Shown here: in pieces, positions 1 to 9,705 of the stretch
How the letters are laid out: each line of letters starts with the position of its first letter
Position numbering within the stretch: position 1 is the stretch's first letter
From: an uncultured Chthonomonadaceae bacterium
GTDB taxonomy: Bacteria > Armatimonadota > Chthonomonadetes > Chthonomonadales > CAJBBX01
Length of the DNA: 64,000 nucleotides
Direction of reading: 5' to 3'
Assembly (NCBI GenBank): GCA_964429855.1
Contig: CAYSDM010000024.1
Location: 266-64,265, forward strand
Notes under the pieces: model-generated
What the model was told of the DNA's origin: nothing
What the model saw: the letters and a program-made list of their open reading frames with translations, nothing else
Database searches by the model: none
Program-made: the position numbers and the translations under genes

Positions 1-1662
1 GCGGCTCCGGGCGAGACACCCATGTTGATCGGCGGCAGGCGGCTGACCGGATGGCAGCGCGAGGGAGAGCGTTTCTGGTCGGTTTCGATTCCTGAAGCCC
101 GCAGTCGCGGCTGGGATTTCCGGCTGTTGACGGTAAACGGATCGGCGCGCTCGCGCGCGCGGCTGCCAGAGACAGGTTACTTCACGCATTTAACCCGTTT
201 TGATGTGCCCTGGATGAGTACGACGGGCGGAGGCTGGCAGCGTAAGCCGACGGATCCGGAGTTAACCCGGCTTCAGTACCGTTCCGGTGATCTGGATGCC
301 GGGCTGGATATCGCCAACGCCGAACTGACGGTCTACCATATGTGGGATGAGTCGGTGGTCGGGCTGTCGGGGCACGATCCCGCCACGCAGACCCTCACCT
401 TCTCCAACCCCGCCGGGCATCCCCCCGGCGCGTTTGGCGTGCAGAAGTATGTGGTCTGGAACGTGCGTGAAGGGATGAAAAAGCCCGGACAGTGGTATCT
501 GGATCGGACGGCGGGAAAGCTGGTCTACTGGTCTCATCCCGGCGAAGATATGTCGAAGGCGGAGGTTCTTGCCCCCACGCTGACTTCTCTGATGCAAATT
601 CAGGGCAGCGTGAACAGTCTCGCGAAGTCCATTACGCTGCGCGGGATCACGTTTGCCGTCACCACCACGCCGCTCAAAGCGGGCGGTTTCGGGGCGGGCG
701 AGTTTGCCGGGGCGGTGGAGATGGTATACGCCTCAGACTGCCGCCTTGAGCGACTGACGCTGATAAACATCGCCGGACAAGCGATCCGGGCATGGAAGAC
801 GGACCGCCTGCGAATCGAAGGCTGCGAGATACGCGATGTCGGCGCATGCGGCATTCGCGCTGAAGGTGACGGCATGGAGATCGCCGATAACCACGTCTAT
901 CGGGTCGGCACTCTCTATCCGAGCGCGGTCGGAATCTGGATCGGAGGCAACCGCTCATCAGTCCGTCATAACGAGGTGCACGATACGCCCTACAGCGCGA
1001 TCATTGGCGGCGGCGAAGAGAACCGGATCGAATATAACCTGATCTATCGGGCCATGCAGACCCTGCACGACGGCGCAGGAATCTACTTCGGTTTCTGCAA
1101 GGGGATCGTCATTCGCGGCAATATCGTGCGGGATATCGAGGATACCGGGGGATACGGCGCATCCGCCTACTATCTGGATGAACAGGCCGAGAACTGTCTG
1201 GTGGAGGGAAACCTCTCGGTGAATGTAGCGCGTCCGGCGCATAACCATATGGCGCGCAACAACACCCTTCGCAACAACCTCTTCCTCGTCACCGGCAATG
1301 CCAGCATCACCTTTATGAAGTGTCAGGGGTATCGTGTGGAGAAGAACATCGTGCAGGCGACGGGCGAGATCACCCTGAGTGCGCCTCCACAGGGAATCGC
1401 CTCCATGCCCAACAACCTCTTCCATAGCGGTACGGGCAAGGTGCTGCTGGAGGCAATGAACGACTACAACTCGAAAGGCAAACAACCGTTGGAGCCGCGT
1501 GATGGCACGCGCTTCGCGGACCCGCGCCTGATCCACTCGAAAGCCGGAAACTATCCGTTTCGATCCGATTCGCCCGCAAAGGAACTGAAGATTGCGCCGC
1601 TGGATGTTCGGATCGCCGGGCGGCGAAAACCAGCGAAGGAATCGCCTCGAGCCGCGCCGTAA
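1..1662 (+). CDS. Right-handed parallel beta-helix repeat protein (pectate-lyase-fold; probably 5'-truncated by window edge)
   Basis: Frame 1 is open from nt 1, and there is no signal peptide at the first ATG (nt 22). Recurrent beta-helix turn motifs: EIADNHVYRVG, SVRHNEVHD, RIEYNLIYRA, VIRGNIVRD, TLRNNLFLVTG. Confidence 0.6.
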   Translation, partial: AAPGETPMLIGGRRLTGWQREGERFWSVSIPEARSRGWDFRLLTVNGSARSRARLPETGYFTHLTRFDVPWMSTTGGGWQRKPTDPELTRLQYRSGDLDAGLDIANAELTVYHMWDESVVGLSGHDPATQTLTFSNPAGHPPGAFGVQKYVVWNVREGMKKPGQWYLDRTAGKLVYWSHPGEDMSKAEVLAPTLTSLMQIQGSVNSLAKSITLRGITFAVTTTPLKAGGFGAGEFAGAVEMVYASDCRLERLTLINIAGQAIRAWKTDRLRIEGCEIRDVGACGIRAEGDGMEIADNHVYRVGTLYPSAVGIWIGGNRSSVRHNEVHDTPYSAIIGGGEENRIEYNLIYRAMQTLHDGAGIYFGFCKGIVIRGNIVRDIEDTGGYGASAYYLDEQAENCLVEGNLSVNVARPAHNHMARNNTLRNNLFLVTGNASITFMKCQGYRVEKNIVQATGEITLSAPPQGIASMPNNLFHSGTGKVLLEAMNDYNSKGKQPLEPRDGTRFADPRLIHSKAGNYPFRSDSPAKELKIAPLDVRIAGRRKPAKESPRAAP

Positions 1663-1722
1663 TCTGCAGGATAACGATTGCGCGGGTCGAGATCCGCCGT
1701 CCGCGCAGAAAGAGAACAAGCG

Positions 1723-1896
1723 ATGCAGGAAGAGAGTGATCTCTTGCTGGAAGACGACGACCCCAGAAAAGAGAACCCCCGTGAACTGGCAGAGAAAATG
1801 GCTTCTGATTCCGCCTCGATCATGCCGGAAGGAGTAGACGAAGAGCCTGAGTCCGCGCCGGAGACCTCTGAACCGGATACGACTGCGGATAATTAG
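1723..1896 (+). CDS. Small acidic, probably disordered hypothetical protein (57 aa from ATG 1723)
   Basis: ORF 1678..1896. The internal ATG gives MQEESDLLLEDDDPRKENPRE... No recognisable motif; support is only the open frame in an otherwise empty 250 nt gap. Confidence 0.25.
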   Translation: MQEESDLLLEDDDPRKENPRELAEKMASDSASIMPEGVDEEPESAPETSEPDTTADN

Positions 1897-1918
1897 GACG
1901 CGAGAAGGAGTTGAAGAG

Positions 1919-2665
1919 ATGGGATTGACGGATGCGGAGAAGGAGCGTTTTCAGGAAGAGGGATTTCTGATCTTTCCAGGACTGCTCGTACCGGAAAAGC
2001 GCGCGCGCTATATGGCGATTTTCCGGGAACTGGTGGAGCGCAGCAAAACAATGACGGCTCCGCAGGGAGGCTTTAACCTTGCGCCGGATGCGGAGGGACG
2101 CCCTACTCCAGGTGTGCTGCACAAGGTGCAGGGAGTCTGCGTGGAGGAGCCGCGCATCCTCGATCTGGCGCGAGAGCCGGAGATACTGGATCGGGCTGAA
2201 TCGCTGCTGGGACCGAACATAGATATGTTCGGCTCCAAGTTCTTCCCGATGATGGTTCGCGGCGCGACCTCCACCGGCTGGCATCAGGACAACCACTACT
2301 TCGGGACAAACTCCTTCCGTATCATCAGTTGCGCGATCTATCTGGAGGAGACGGATCGTGAAAATGGTTGTCTGCGCGTTGTGCCGCGCAGCCACCGCAC
2401 CGGGGAACTGGTCTCGCACACTGCCGGAACAGGCGTCTATGCGCATGGAGCCTGGACGGAGGTGGATGAGAGTCAGGCGGTGGATGTGGTCTGTCCGGGC
2501 GGAACGGTCGTCTTCTTCTCTGCGAATCTGCTGCACGGAGCGCGTCCGAACCTGAGCGACCGCTCCAGCTTTCGCACCGCCTGGCACTACATTCCCGGCG
2601 ACCTGAATCTGGAGTGGTTCCCGCGAGGCGGATATCAGGATCGGCATATTGTGCGCGGGGTATAG
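1919..2665 (+). CDS. Phytanoyl-CoA dioxygenase (PhyH) family Fe(II)/2-oxoglutarate oxygenase
   Basis: N-terminus EKERFQEEGFLIFPGLL. HxD iron motif in GWHQDNHYF and distal His in LLHGARPN. Confidence 0.8.
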   Translation: MGLTDAEKERFQEEGFLIFPGLLVPEKRARYMAIFRELVERSKTMTAPQGGFNLAPDAEGRPTPGVLHKVQGVCVEEPRILDLAREPEILDRAESLLGPNIDMFGSKFFPMMVRGATSTGWHQDNHYFGTNSFRIISCAIYLEETDRENGCLRVVPRSHRTGELVSHTAGTGVYAHGAWTEVDESQAVDVVCPGGTVVFFSANLLHGARPNLSDRSSFRTAWHYIPGDLNLEWFPRGGYQDRHIVRGV

Positions 2666-2673
2666 ACAGAAAA

Positions 2674-2709
2674 GCCCGCCATAGACAGATAGTCCGGTCT
2701 ATGGCGGGC
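2674..2709. terminator. Bidirectional intrinsic-terminator-like hairpin between convergent genes
   Basis: Perfect 13-bp stem gcccgccatagac / gtctatggcgggc with a 10-nt loop. The flanking aaaa on the + strand gives a T-run for the minus-strand transcript. Confidence 0.6.
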
Positions 2710-2716
2710 GCAAGGT

Positions 2717-3190
2717 CTATCGCTCTCTCTCCCGTATCACAAACTGCACCCTGTCGGGCAGGCGGGGAACGATACGCATGGCGAACGGCTGCGTAAGCGC
2801 AAGCGTAACAATCGTGCCTTTCCCCGGCTTAATCAGCGTGGCATTCACCGTTGCGCCGCGCACGCCGCGCCGTATTTCGCCGATGACAACCTCGAAACCG
2901 CCCGTCGGCTTCGTCCCGGCAAAGACCGCCACCACATGATATCGTCGAAAATCCACCGTCGGCGCTCTGCGGTCGGGAGCGTGTTCTTTCCATAACGCCG
3001 ACCACTCTCCAGCGTTCCGAATCACTGTTTGACGCGGTGCGCGTATATTCGAATGGAAGCCGGACAGCGCTCGAGAAACCTGCGCCTCCTGTAAGGTGGA
3101 CTCAGGCTGACCCTGTCCTGCCAGACCGATCATCAGACCGGCAGCCGCCAACAGGAATCCAGCGCCGCTATATACTAAGCTACGGAGCAT
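2717..3190 (-). CDS. PrcB-like (protease complex subunit PrcB C-terminal domain) secreted or membrane-anchored protein
   Basis: N-terminal hydrophobic segment GAGFLLAAAGLMIGLAG. Core W..LW....P.VDF....VVAVF.G.K.TGG in EWSALWKEHAPDRRAPTVDFRRYHVVAVFAGTKPTGGFEVVI. Confidence 0.6.
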   Translation of the reverse strand: MLRSLVYSGAGFLLAAAGLMIGLAGQGQPESTLQEAQVSRALSGFHSNIRAPRQTVIRNAGEWSALWKEHAPDRRAPTVDFRRYHVVAVFAGTKPTGGFEVVIGEIRRGVRGATVNATLIKPGKGTIVTLALTQPFAMRIVPRLPDRVQFVIRERER

Positions 3191-3316
3191 CTTCCCTATC
3201 CTCTCTCATGTTGACAACGACTATCACAGGCTCTATACGATCTCGCTCCCACAGATGTGACAGCGAACGATAATAGACATTTTATCGTAGAGAGAAGCAT
3301 ACAGGGAGAAAGCGCG

Positions 3317-3832
3317 ATGCATGGCAACGGCGAACAGAATACGCGCCTGTGTCCAGACTGCCGATCCACCTTGAAGCCGGAGACTTTTCAGGGGATCGAA
3401 CTGGATATCTGCGAAATCTGTGCGGGCATATGGTTTGATATGGGGGAGCTTCGTCGCCTGATGGATTCGGAGGAGCGCTCCCTGATAAAGACGGAAGACT
3501 GCGTCAAGCCGACGACGGATTCACGACCGAAACGATCCGATCTTCCCCGCCTGTGCCCGCGCTGTCGCCTTCCAATGAGTTCCCACCGCTATATGCATGT
3601 CTCGTTCATCTGGTTGGAAGGATGCGAGCGGTGCAGCGGCATATGGGTGGAGGAGGGAGAGCTTCAGCAGATCGAGGAGTGGCTCGTCAACAGAGAGCAG
3701 TTCGCCGCATCCCGTCCAGAGCACCTTCTGGCAGTAGATCAATATGAGCAGGAGCACGTGCGGCAAGTAGATCAGAAACGGATCATGGCGCACATGATGA
3801 GATGGCTGAAGATGCGCGCTCGATTGAGGTGA
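3317..3832 (+). CDS. Tandem zf-TFIIB-type zinc-ribbon protein
   Basis: Two CxxC...CxxC units each followed by GIWxxxGEL: CPDCRS..CEICAGIWFDMGEL and CPRCRL..CERCSGIWVEEGEL. ATG 3317 is preferred over GTG 3257 because of the GGGAG Shine-Dalgarno (SD) at 3304-3308. Confidence 0.65.
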   Translation: MHGNGEQNTRLCPDCRSTLKPETFQGIELDICEICAGIWFDMGELRRLMDSEERSLIKTEDCVKPTTDSRPKRSDLPRLCPRCRLPMSSHRYMHVSFIWLEGCERCSGIWVEEGELQQIEEWLVNREQFAASRPEHLLAVDQYEQEHVRQVDQKRIMAHMMRWLKMRARLR

Positions 3833-3847
3833 GAGGAGATAGCGCTG

Positions 3848-4480
3848 ATGCCGCGCCGTCTGATACTGGCTTCCGCCTCCCCCCGCCGCCGGGAACTTCT
3901 GTCGCTGCTGGGAATACCCTTTGAAGTGATGCCGGGGGAGGTGGATGAGGACGATTTTGACCCGGCGATGAATCCCCCCGTGCTCGCTGGCAAACTGGCA
4001 GTCGAAAAGGCAAATCACATCCTGCAGAGGCTTCAGGATGCCGATCTACTGGTTCTCGGCGCCGATACCATTGTCGTCGCCCAATCGGGCGCAGAGACGG
4101 CGATTCTGAATAAGCCGCAGGATGCGTCGGATGCGCGACGGATGCTCTCGCTGCTCTCCGGCGCTACCCACACGGTCTATACCGGAGTCGCGCTGGTCGG
4201 CAGAAGCGCGGAGGGAACCTCGCTGCCGGAGATCGCGGAAGTGGTGGGCACGCAGGTAACCTTTCGAGAATTAAACGCGGCGCTGATGGACGCCTATATC
4301 GCCACCGGAGAGCCGTTTGACAAGGCGGGAGCCTACGGGATTCAGGAGCGCGCCGCGCCTTTTGTCGAGGCGATCCACGGCGACTATTTCAACGTGGTCG
4401 GTCTGCCGGTGAAGACGGTAGCGCGTATGCTGGAACGCCTCGGCGTGGAGTGGTGGCGAGGGGCGGAGGCATTCCGATAG
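3848..4480 (+). CDS. maf: Maf-like nucleoside triphosphate pyrophosphatase
   Basis: LILASASPRRRELLSLLGIPF, GADTIVV, KAGAYGIQE, GDYFNVVGLP. Confidence 0.9.
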   Translation: MPRRLILASASPRRRELLSLLGIPFEVMPGEVDEDDFDPAMNPPVLAGKLAVEKANHILQRLQDADLLVLGADTIVVAQSGAETAILNKPQDASDARRMLSLLSGATHTVYTGVALVGRSAEGTSLPEIAEVVGTQVTFRELNAALMDAYIATGEPFDKAGAYGIQERAAPFVEAIHGDYFNVVGLPVKTVARMLERLGVEWWRGAEAFR

Positions 4481-4509
4481 AAGTCCGAAAAAGCGTCCCT
4501 GTACTGCTC

Positions 4510-5676
4510 TCAGGAGCAGCCCTGACGCAGATCGGCGACCACCTGCGCCACACAGGCTGCCGCGATCATACCGATCAGTGCAGCCGGGGGCAGCGCACCT
4601 CCCGCCGCGCCCAGTACCAGAATAGCTCCAGCGGTGGCGAATCGCCAGACCGCGCGCACTTTGCGGCGCGGGGCGGTGATGGTTGTGGTGCTGGCAAGAT
4701 GAATCAACGCCAGACAGCAGAGACAGACAGCGACGGAGACGCAGAGCAGCCACCGATCTTCCGGCGTGAGAATGCCTCCCATCCCCGGCGAGATCACGTG
4801 TTTGACCCCGATAGCCGCCGCCGTGATGCCGATCACCAGAGGCAGATGTGAATAGAGCCAGACCTGATAGGTGCGCACCTGTCCAGCGGAGAGCGCCTCC
4901 CAGGGAGAAGCGTTATTCTCCGCGTTGAAATAGACCCACCAGAGGCTAAAGGCGATGGATAGCCCGAACAGTCCGGAGAGCGCGGCGTGAGGTTCCAGAT
5001 CCTGTTTGGAGATTCCCGTGACGACCGCGACAATCGCTTCGCCCAGCACAATGATGGTAAACAGCCCGAAACGCTCCGGCAGATGGGAGATATGCGGCGG
5101 TATCCTTGCATGAAGCATCCCTGCCGTTAAAGGCGTTCCGATATCAATCGCCAGCCCCAGCGCCCAGAAGAGGTAACGCAGCGGCGCAGGCACAAACGCC
5201 GACGCGATCCATAGCATCGCGGCGATGCCGAATCCGACAGAGTAACGGTTCGTCAGTGGTCGCGCCGCCGGGATGTGGCGACCTGCCCAGAGATACTCCA
5301 GCACGAGCAGAGTCCGTACAAAGGCATAGGAGAGAGCAAAACCCGGCGCGTTCTCCGTAAAGCCGTCCGGGACATTCACCGCAAGTATGGCGACACCGAA
5401 CATCGTCAGAATGGTTAACAGGCGATGCCCCAGATCATCGGTGTCGAATCGCGTTGCGTAGAAGGTCTGCCCGATCCACGCCCACCAGACCGGAATGAAA
5501 AGCCCCACGAACTGTAATACGCCTCGCAGCGACACATCGTTATGCAGGTTGTTCGCCAGTTGCGCAATGGTAACTACAAAGATCAGGTCGTAGAACAGTT
5601 CCAGCCAGGTGGCGTGCCGCTCCTCTGCCTTTTTTCCTTCGACTCGTAACTGCGGATACCACAGACGTCTTCTCAC
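4510..5676 (-). CDS. Low temperature requirement protein A (LtrA) family membrane protein
   Basis: ATWLELFYDLIFVVTIAQLA N-terminal signature, followed by about 10 hydrophobic helices. Confidence 0.8.
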   Translation of the reverse strand: MRRRLWYPQLRVEGKKAEERHATWLELFYDLIFVVTIAQLANNLHNDVSLRGVLQFVGLFIPVWWAWIGQTFYATRFDTDDLGHRLLTILTMFGVAILAVNVPDGFTENAPGFALSYAFVRTLLVLEYLWAGRHIPAARPLTNRYSVGFGIAAMLWIASAFVPAPLRYLFWALGLAIDIGTPLTAGMLHARIPPHISHLPERFGLFTIIVLGEAIVAVVTGISKQDLEPHAALSGLFGLSIAFSLWWVYFNAENNASPWEALSAGQVRTYQVWLYSHLPLVIGITAAAIGVKHVISPGMGGILTPEDRWLLCVSVAVCLCCLALIHLASTTTITAPRRKVRAVWRFATAGAILVLGAAGGALPPAALIGMIAAACVAQVVADLRQGCS

Positions 5677-5848
5677 TTTTATGCTCCTGCGCTGTCCGGG
5701 GCAGTCCCCGTCAAAGCCACTTTATCATAGCAGAAGGAGAGCGCTTTTTAATTACCGGGAGCATGAAGAACAGGCGCATTCGGATATAGGGTTATAATGA
5801 AGGCATAGCTGGCGCAAACCGGCGCCCGTTCAGGAGAGACCATCATCC

Positions 5849-6961
5849 ATGACCGATTTCGACTATCAGGTACATCCCGACATTTTTCAGGCGGAGACGC
5901 TGCCATCGCAGATCTACACCGATCCGGTCCTCTATGAAGCGATAAAGGAGCGGATTTTTGTCTCCGGGTGGCAGTTCATCGCCGATACCGACAGCGTGAA
6001 AGCGCCGGGGCAGGTGCTTCCGTTGACCCTGCTGGAGGGATGCCTGGAGGAGCCGCTGCTGTTGACGCGAGATAGCGAGGATCAGATTCACTGTCTCTCC
6101 AATGTCTGCACGCACCGGGGCAGTTTGCTGGTCGAGAGGGGAGGAAATGAGCGGTTCCTGCGCTGCCGGTATCATGGCAGGCGGTTCGGACTGGACGGAA
6201 CTTTTCAGAGCATGCCGGAATTTGAGGGAGTTGTCGGATTTCCCTCCGAATCGGATCGCCTGCCGAAAGTCTCCTTCGGCATCTGGGGGAAGTTCATTTT
6301 CGCCTGCCTCTCCCCGGTATTTTCGCTGGAGGAGCTCCTGCTGCCCATGCGGGAGAGAGTCGGCTGGATGCCTCTTCCGCAGGCGTATCTCGATCTCTCC
6401 CGCTCTCGCGACTATCTGGTGCGCGCCAACTGGGCGCTCTATGTGGAGAACTATCTGGACGCGCTGCATATCCCCTTTGTTCACTATGAACTGGCGGAAG
6501 CGCTGGACTACAGCCTCTACGACACGGAAAACTACCGTTACTCCAACCTTCAGCTTGGCGTGACGACAGGAGCAGAGGATACCTTCACTCTTCCCGCCGA
6601 CTCGCCGGACTATGGCAAACAGGTTACCGCCTACTACTTCTGGCTCTTTCCGAACACCATGTTTAACTTCTACCCCTGGGGAGTCTCCATCAACGTCGTT
6701 CGTCCGCTGGGCGTGGATATGACGCGGGTCTCCTTCCTGCGTTATGTGTGGGATGCCGGACGGGGCGGGTCGCATGTCAGCGCGGATGCGGCGGTAGATC
6801 GGGTGGAGCGCGAGGATGAAGCGGTGGTGGAGATGGTGCAGAAGGGCGTCCGCTCGCGATTCTATACACGCGGACGCTACTCTCCGACCCGCGAAACCGG
6901 CACGCACCACTTTCATCGCCTTCTTGCGGAGTTTCTGGAAAAAGGCGCACAGGGCGGATAG
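5849..6961 (+). CDS. Rieske [2Fe-2S] aromatic-ring-hydroxylating oxygenase alpha subunit-like protein
   Basis: Rieske ligands CLSNVCTHRG (CxH) and CRYHGRRF (CxxH). AGGAG SD upstream. The large antisense ORF 5843..6916 is rejected. Confidence 0.85.
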   Translation: MTDFDYQVHPDIFQAETLPSQIYTDPVLYEAIKERIFVSGWQFIADTDSVKAPGQVLPLTLLEGCLEEPLLLTRDSEDQIHCLSNVCTHRGSLLVERGGNERFLRCRYHGRRFGLDGTFQSMPEFEGVVGFPSESDRLPKVSFGIWGKFIFACLSPVFSLEELLLPMRERVGWMPLPQAYLDLSRSRDYLVRANWALYVENYLDALHIPFVHYELAEALDYSLYDTENYRYSNLQLGVTTGAEDTFTLPADSPDYGKQVTAYYFWLFPNTMFNFYPWGVSINVVRPLGVDMTRVSFLRYVWDAGRGGSHVSADAAVDRVEREDEAVVEMVQKGVRSRFYTRGRYSPTRETGTHHFHRLLAEFLEKGAQGG

Positions 6962-6975
6962 AAACTGTATGAACG

Positions 6976-7004
6976 TTGACAGAGATGAGAGGATGTGTTA
7001 TGCT
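6976..7004 (+). promoter_or_regulatory. Sigma70-like promoter upstream of rimI-tsaD
   Basis: TTGACA (6976-6981), 17-nt spacer, TATGCT (6999-7004). It is flanked by the 8-bp inverted repeat aacgttga (6972) / tcaacgtt (7022). Confidence 0.5.
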
Positions 7005-7043
7005 CTATAGACAGACACACTTCAACGTTTTCGAGCTGTTCTG

Positions 7044-7595
7044 ATGGCGATCATCATTGATCCGATCTTTGTTGAGCCGATGCGGCGCAGCGATGTGCCG
7101 ACCGTCTCCAATATTGAGAAGCGCTGTTATGCCACTCCCTGGCATGAGAACGCCTACTATACCGAGTTGTCGAATCGGAGCGCGGTCTATCTGGTGGCGC
7201 GTCTGGACGGCGAGGTGGTCGGCTACTGCGGGATGTGGGTCATCATGGATGAGGCGCATATCACCACGCTGGCGGTAGACCCCGATCATCGCGGTAAGAA
7301 AATCGGTGAACGTCTGCTCCATTCCCTGCTGGAAGAGGCGATCCTGCACGGAGCCAACCGCGCCACGCTGGAGGTGCGGGAAGGCAACCTCGTCGCGCAG
7401 AATCTCTACCGCAAGTACGGCTTTCAGGATGCCGCCATCCGCAAGAACTACTACTCCGACAATCAGGAGAACGCCATCGTCATGTGGGCGGAGGGATTGC
7501 GGGAACCGCACTACCTGGAGAGGATGCGCGAACTCAAACGCCAGTTGTATCAAGCATACGATGATCATCTTAGGACTCGAGACGAGCTGCGATGA
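7044..7595 (+). CDS. rimI: Ribosomal-protein-alanine N-acetyltransferase (GNAT)
   Basis: GNAT acetyl-CoA motif LAVDPDHRGKKIGERLL and ATLEVREGNLVAQNLYRKYGF. Sits directly upstream of tsaD and overlaps it. Confidence 0.8.
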   Translation: MAIIIDPIFVEPMRRSDVPTVSNIEKRCYATPWHENAYYTELSNRSAVYLVARLDGEVVGYCGMWVIMDEAHITTLAVDPDHRGKKIGERLLHSLLEEAILHGANRATLEVREGNLVAQNLYRKYGFQDAAIRKNYYSDNQENAIVMWAEGLREPHYLERMRELKRQLYQAYDDHLRTRDELR

Positions 7596-8553
7596 GACCT
7601 CAGCGGCAGTTGTCGCCGACGGGACGCGGATTCTTTCCAACGTGGTCGCCAGTCAGGCGGATCTTCATGCGCGCTGGGGCGGCGTTGTGCCCGAAGTCGC
7701 CTCCCGCAAACATGTGGAGCGTCTCCTTCCGGTTATCTACGAGGCGCTGGAAGGCGCGAAAATCACCCTTCGCGACGTGGAAGGTATCGCCGTCACCAAC
7801 CGTCCCGGTCTGATCGGCGCGCTCTTGATCGGCGTCACCGCCGCGAAAGCGCTGGCTTACGGTTTCAAGCTTCCGCTGGTTGGCGTACATCATCTGGAAG
7901 GGCATCTCTACTCCAACTTTCTGGCGGCTCCCGACCTTGCGTTTCCCTTCGTCTGCCTGCTTGTTTCCGGCGGACACACGGAGATCGTTCTGGTGGAGAG
8001 CCATGAGAAGCGCGAATCGCTGGGTCGGACTCGCGATGATGCCGCCGGAGAGTGCTTCGATAAGTGCGCCCGCCTGATGGGGCTGCCCTATCCCGGAGGT
8101 CCGCATATTGATCGTCTGGCGGCGTCGGGCAACCCGAAGCTTATCGCTTTTCCACGCGCCTGGCTCGGAGATTCCGGCGACTTCAGCTTCAGCGGCTTGA
8201 AAACGGCGGTGCTGCGGTTTCTGGAGACAGACCGCGGAGCGACCCCGCAGGAAGATGTGGCGGCTTCGTTTCAGGCGGCGGTGGTGGAGCCGCTGGTACG
8301 AAAGACGATTCGCGCCGCGCAGACGACCGGCGTGAGAACCGTCGCCGTTGCCGGGGGCGTGGCAGCCAATCGCGGTCTGGTTCAGGCGATGCAGCAGGCG
8401 TGCAACGAAGCCGGACTGCGCATGATTATCCCCCCTCCCTCCCTCTGCACCGATAACGCCGCCATGATCGCCGCCGCAGGAGCGCCCCGTCTTCTGCGCG
8501 GCGAATCCGATCCGCTCAGTCTCGACTCCTTCGCCGCAGAACCTATCGGATAG
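7561..8553 (+). CDS. tsaD: tRNA N6-adenosine threonylcarbamoyltransferase TsaD
   Basis: MIILGLETSCDETSAAVV at ATG 7561, HHLEGHL, VAGGVAANRGL. The upstream extension to 7306 is out-of-family sequence overlapping rimI. Confidence 0.95.
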   Translation: MIILGLETSCDETSAAVVADGTRILSNVVASQADLHARWGGVVPEVASRKHVERLLPVIYEALEGAKITLRDVEGIAVTNRPGLIGALLIGVTAAKALAYGFKLPLVGVHHLEGHLYSNFLAAPDLAFPFVCLLVSGGHTEIVLVESHEKRESLGRTRDDAAGECFDKCARLMGLPYPGGPHIDRLAASGNPKLIAFPRAWLGDSGDFSFSGLKTAVLRFLETDRGATPQEDVAASFQAAVVEPLVRKTIRAAQTTGVRTVAVAGGVAANRGLVQAMQQACNEAGLRMIIPPPSLCTDNAAMIAAAGAPRLLRGESDPLSLDSFAAEPIG

Positions 8554-8605
8554 ACGATCCCGTATCTCGCAAAACCAAACGCAGGTTTTCCACGTACAGA
8601 AGAGT

Positions 8606-9319
8606 ATGAACAAACCTGATCCTCCGACATCGAATCCGCCTTCTGGAAACGCTAATCGGGCGCGGCGTCTGCTTCTTATCGCAAGCCTTGCCTCGCTGAT
8701 TCTCTGGTTCATTCCCGGAGCCAGCTATCTGACCTATCCCATCAAGCTGTTCGTCACCTTTATCCATGAGGGCGGCCATGCGTTGATGGCGATTCTGACA
8801 GGCGGCACGGTCGAATCCATTCGAATACACCCCGACACCAGCGGCGTCGCTTTTACCTCCGGCGGTTTTAACTTCCTGATCTATCAGGCAGGATACCTGG
8901 GAGCAACGCTGTTCGGGGCATTCTGTCTGATCCTGAACAGCCGTTCGGGCAGAGGACGCGCCATGCTTGTCGTGCTGCTGACGGCGGTTGCACTGATTAC
9001 TGCGATATGGACTCGCAACCTCTTCGGAATCATCAGCGGCTGCGTGATAGTACTGCTGCTGGCGGCCGCAGCGCGCCTCCTGACCGCGCAGGCGGCAGAC
9101 TTTCTGGCGGCTTTCCTCGCTGTACAGTTGAGCCTGAACGCGCTGTTTGATCTACGAAGCCTGCTCTGGATCACCACCTACTCCACTCTGGAGAACGATG
9201 CGGCGAACATGGCGCGAGACTACTTCCTTCCGGCGTGGTTCTGGGCAGGAATCTGGGCAGTCAGCGCGGCGGTCATTCTGTTTGGCGCACTGCGTATCTA
9301 CTGGCGCGACAGCCGATGA
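8606..9319 (+). CDS. Peptidase M50B-like membrane metalloprotease
   Basis: HExxH-type motif FIHEGGHALMAIL inside a polytopic membrane protein. Confidence 0.7.
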   Translation: MNKPDPPTSNPPSGNANRARRLLLIASLASLILWFIPGASYLTYPIKLFVTFIHEGGHALMAILTGGTVESIRIHPDTSGVAFTSGGFNFLIYQAGYLGATLFGAFCLILNSRSGRGRAMLVVLLTAVALITAIWTRNLFGIISGCVIVLLLAAAARLLTAQAADFLAAFLAVQLSLNALFDLRSLLWITTYSTLENDAANMARDYFLPAWFWAGIWAVSAAVILFGALRIYWRDSR

Positions 9320-9367
9320 TTCTCCTCTCTCCCTTCTCGAGTAGATCGTCAAGGTCGTTTGGATGGA

Positions 9368-9494
9368 TGTCATTCAGAGAGAGACATAACTGTCATTCTG
9401 AGCGTAGCCCAACCCGGTTGTCATTCTGAGCGAAGAATCTAAAGATGTCTCGCTGCGCTCGACATGACAATACTTCGTTGCGCTCAACAGGACA
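9368..9494. repeat. Cluster of short palindromic (REP/MITE-like) repeat units
   Basis: Three forward units tgtcattc(a/t)gag at 9368, 9391 and 9419. Two inverted partners: cgctgcgctcgacatgaca (9451-9469) and cgttgcgctcaacaggaca (9476-9494). Confidence 0.6.
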
Positions 9495-9638
9495 GCCAGA
9501 CCATGCAGCCCTTCTACCGTGAAGATGTACTAGCGTCATCAGGAAGGAATTCTGTAAAAAGAGGCGAATCCTACCGCCGGATGTTCAACTCATCCTCCAG
9601 CCGTTGCGACCAATAAAAAACTTGCGTCCCAGGCTTCA

Positions 9639-9667
9639 TTGACGTTTACGCAGCATGGGCATATAAT
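9639..9667 (+). promoter_or_regulatory. Near-consensus sigma70-like promoter upstream of the FHA/PP2C/kinase operon
   Basis: TTGACG (9639-9644), 17-nt spacer, TATAAT (9662-9667), 39 nt before ATG 9706. Confidence 0.55.
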
Positions 9668-9705
9668 AGGCACATACCTCTTATATTCACTCTCCAGAAC
9701 GTTAG

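Noticed and set aside
7306-7560. N-terminal extension of tsaD given by the ORF track
   Set aside because: The extension overlaps rimI in another frame and has no TsaD similarity. The conserved MIILGLETSCDET start is at 7561.
9368-9494. Possible CRISPR array
   Set aside because: The units are only 14-20 nt, irregularly spaced and in mixed orientation, with five copies at most. There are no cas genes in the window.
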